64,000 nucleotides of DNA from Candidatus Poribacteria bacterium (GTDB lineage: Bacteria > Poribacteria > WGA-4E > GCA-2687025), in the NCBI GenBank assembly GCA_963665845.2, contig OY762492.1:1152001-1216000 (forward strand), written 5' to 3'. Of the stretch, positions 62,675 to 64,000 are shown in pieces. Both the position numbers and the translations under genes were made by a program. The stretch's first letter is position 1; each line of letters opens with the position of its first letter. The notes beneath the pieces were generated by a model that worked only from the letters and a program-made list of their open reading frames with translations, did no database searches and was not told where the DNA came from.

Positions 62675-63127
62675 TTATCCTTGCGTGACGACGATGTCGC
62701 GGGCGCGCAGACGCTCCAGTTTCGGCAGATGGACGCGCAGGACGCCGTCCTTGAAGGAAGCCTCCGCCGATTCCGCCTGGACGGAGGCGGGCAGCGTCAG
62801 CGAGCGTTTGAATTTGCCGTACTGCCGTTCGGCGTAGTAGACGTTCGCGTTCTCGTCGCCTTCCCGCTCCCATTTCTTTTCGCCGTCGATGTTCAGCGTG
62901 TTGTCCTTGACATTGACGCGCACATCCTCGGCGGCGATGCCGGGCAGCTCAACGGCGACATCCACCGCGTCGGCAGATTCGATCACTTCGACGGCGGGGC
63001 GCCATGCCTTATGCCGCGCCTGCGCGAAGAAGGACGGGAATGGAGCGAAAAAGTCGCCGAAATCGCTGAAGGACGGATGATTCGATTGTCTTACGTTCAG
63101 TTTCACGGGCATGCATGTTCCTTTCAT
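62675..63127 (-). CDS. Small heat shock protein Hsp20
   Basis: ELPG, ERQYGKFKRS and FKDGVLRVHLPK motifs. Confidence 0.92.
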   Translation of the reverse strand: MKGTCMPVKLNVRQSNHPSFSDFGDFFAPFPSFFAQARHKAWRPAVEVIESADAVDVAVELPGIAAEDVRVNVKDNTLNIDGEKKWEREGDENANVYYAERQYGKFKRSLTLPASVQAESAEASFKDGVLRVHLPKLERLRARDIVVTQG

Positions 63128-63160
63128 GGTGGATCGCCCTTTCGGGTTTGGCTTTCTATA

Positions 63161-63177
63161 AGCAAGAACGGCGCCAA
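63161..63177 (-). promoter_or_regulatory. Sigma54 (-24/-12) promoter of hsp20
   Basis: Minus strand TTGGCGCCGTTCTTGCT is GG-N10-GC. Confidence 0.7.
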
Positions 63178-63239
63178 CCATGACGGGCGGCGAAAGTCCG
63201 CCTACTGCGCGGATTCTGTCAAAAGGCGTTTGAGCGGAA

Positions 63240-63277
63240 CGGCGCCATTTTGACATACAGCAATCAATATGGCGCCG
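63240..63277. promoter_or_regulatory. Palindromic operator / putative enhancer
   Basis: CGGCGCCATTTTGA-N10-TCAATATGGCGCCG (13/14 inverted match). Confidence 0.6.
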
Positions 63278-63303
63278 AAACGGCCGTTCCCGACCGCATA
63301 CGG

Positions 63304-63492
63304 CTGACATCAAGTCTTAAGTTGGGACATGTCGGCGGGCGAACGCGGACGGTTTCGGGGTAGACTCTGGATTCCCGCTTGCGCGGGAATGCATGCCCTC
63401 GCGGAAGCGGGGGACGGTCTGGTTTGCGGCGCCTTTTCCCATGAATAGAGCGATGGTCGGTTCAAATGTCCCAACTTTACGCATGAGGTCAG
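63304..63492. mobile_element. MITE family A copy with a 6-bp flanking direct repeat ATACGG
   Basis: TIRs present; ATACGG at 63298-63303 and 63493-63498. Confidence 0.88.
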
Positions 63493-63501
63493 ATACGGCG
63501 C

Positions 63502-63530
63502 TTGACAGACGCATCGTTCAGCGTTAAACT
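63502..63530 (+). promoter_or_regulatory. Sigma70-like promoter of rpmG
   Basis: TTGACA-17 bp-TAAACT. Confidence 0.7.
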
Positions 63531-63571
63531 TGCATCGCATTCAACCATCGACTGAAAAGAAGGAGCGCACA

Positions 63572-63724
63572 ATGCGTCGACTCATACGCCTCGTGACCGA
63601 AGACGGCAAAAACACCTACGTCATGAAAAAGAAGGTGGACCCTGACAAGGCGAACCAGCGCATGGAGATCAAAAAATACTCCCGCTACCACCGCAAGCAC
63701 ATGATCCACCGAGAAAAGCGGTAA
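63572..63724 (+). CDS. rpmG: 50S ribosomal protein L33 (Cys-less type)
   Basis: IRL...TY...K....RMEIKKY....RKH..HRE; AAGGAG RBS. Confidence 0.85.
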   Translation: MRRLIRLVTEDGKNTYVMKKKVDPDKANQRMEIKKYSRYHRKHMIHREKR

Positions 63725-63727
63725 CCC

Positions 63728-64000
63728 ATGAGCTACGAGCAGCATCAAGAGGAGGCGGCGGGGCGCCCCGTCGCCTGCGCGGTCGTCACCGTCTCGGACA
63801 CGCGGACGCCTGAAACGGATGTGAGCGGCGCGTTCATTATGGACGCGCTGAAAGAGGCGGGGCATTCCGTGGCAGGATACGCCGTCATCAAGGACGAACC
63901 TGATCAGATACAGGCGGCGCTGGAGCGTTGGACCGGCAAGGAGGAGCCGCAGGCGGTCATCTTCACCGGCGGAACAGGCATCGGAAAGCGCGACACCACT
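63728..64000 (+). CDS. moaB: Molybdenum cofactor biosynthesis protein MoaB/Mog (truncated by the window)
   Basis: Manual translation: CAVVTVSDTRTPETDVSG...IKDE...FTGGTGIGKRDTT. Confidence 0.9.
   Translation, partial: MSYEQHQEEAAGRPVACAVVTVSDTRTPETDVSGAFIMDALKEAGHSVAGYAVIKDEPDQIQAALERWTGKEEPQAVIFTGGTGIGKRDTT

Overview
GC-rich bacterial chromosomal window. The [15 protein letters not shown]-terminal domain, sulfatase, PhyH, WD40 and ankyrin genes resemble Ca. Poribacteria or other sponge symbionts (inference only). Most of it is housekeeping: rpmB, ftsY-ybaB-dnaX with a large SRP RNA, tRNA-Leu-tig-clpP-clpX, rlmN-hemW-lepB-lepA, secA, dapA, a coxMSL-like Mo-hydroxylase, smc, truA, argC, trpBA, tsaD/tsaC, hsp20, rpmG and moaB. 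The accessory highlights are: (1) four tandem genes, each a beta-class DNA methyltransferase fused to a C-terminal Zn-HNH nuclease, with near-identical mosaic constant regions and different central target-recognition segments (33.9-39.2 kb), the best candidate for an undescribed system; (2) a 2,368-aa protein with five 7-bladed WD40 propellers spaced by Ig-like domains, whose blades have fixed scaffolds, hypervariable positions and signs of shuffling; (3) nested non-autonomous MITE families carrying ATTCCC-N8-GGGAAT palindromes, whose ends often sit 8-11 bp upstream of sigma70 -35 boxes; (4) a CobW-WD40-CobW cluster next to an unknown 4x~90-aa repeat protein; (5) a sigma54 promoter with a palindromic enhancer before hsp20. 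All calls were made by eye and no searches were run.
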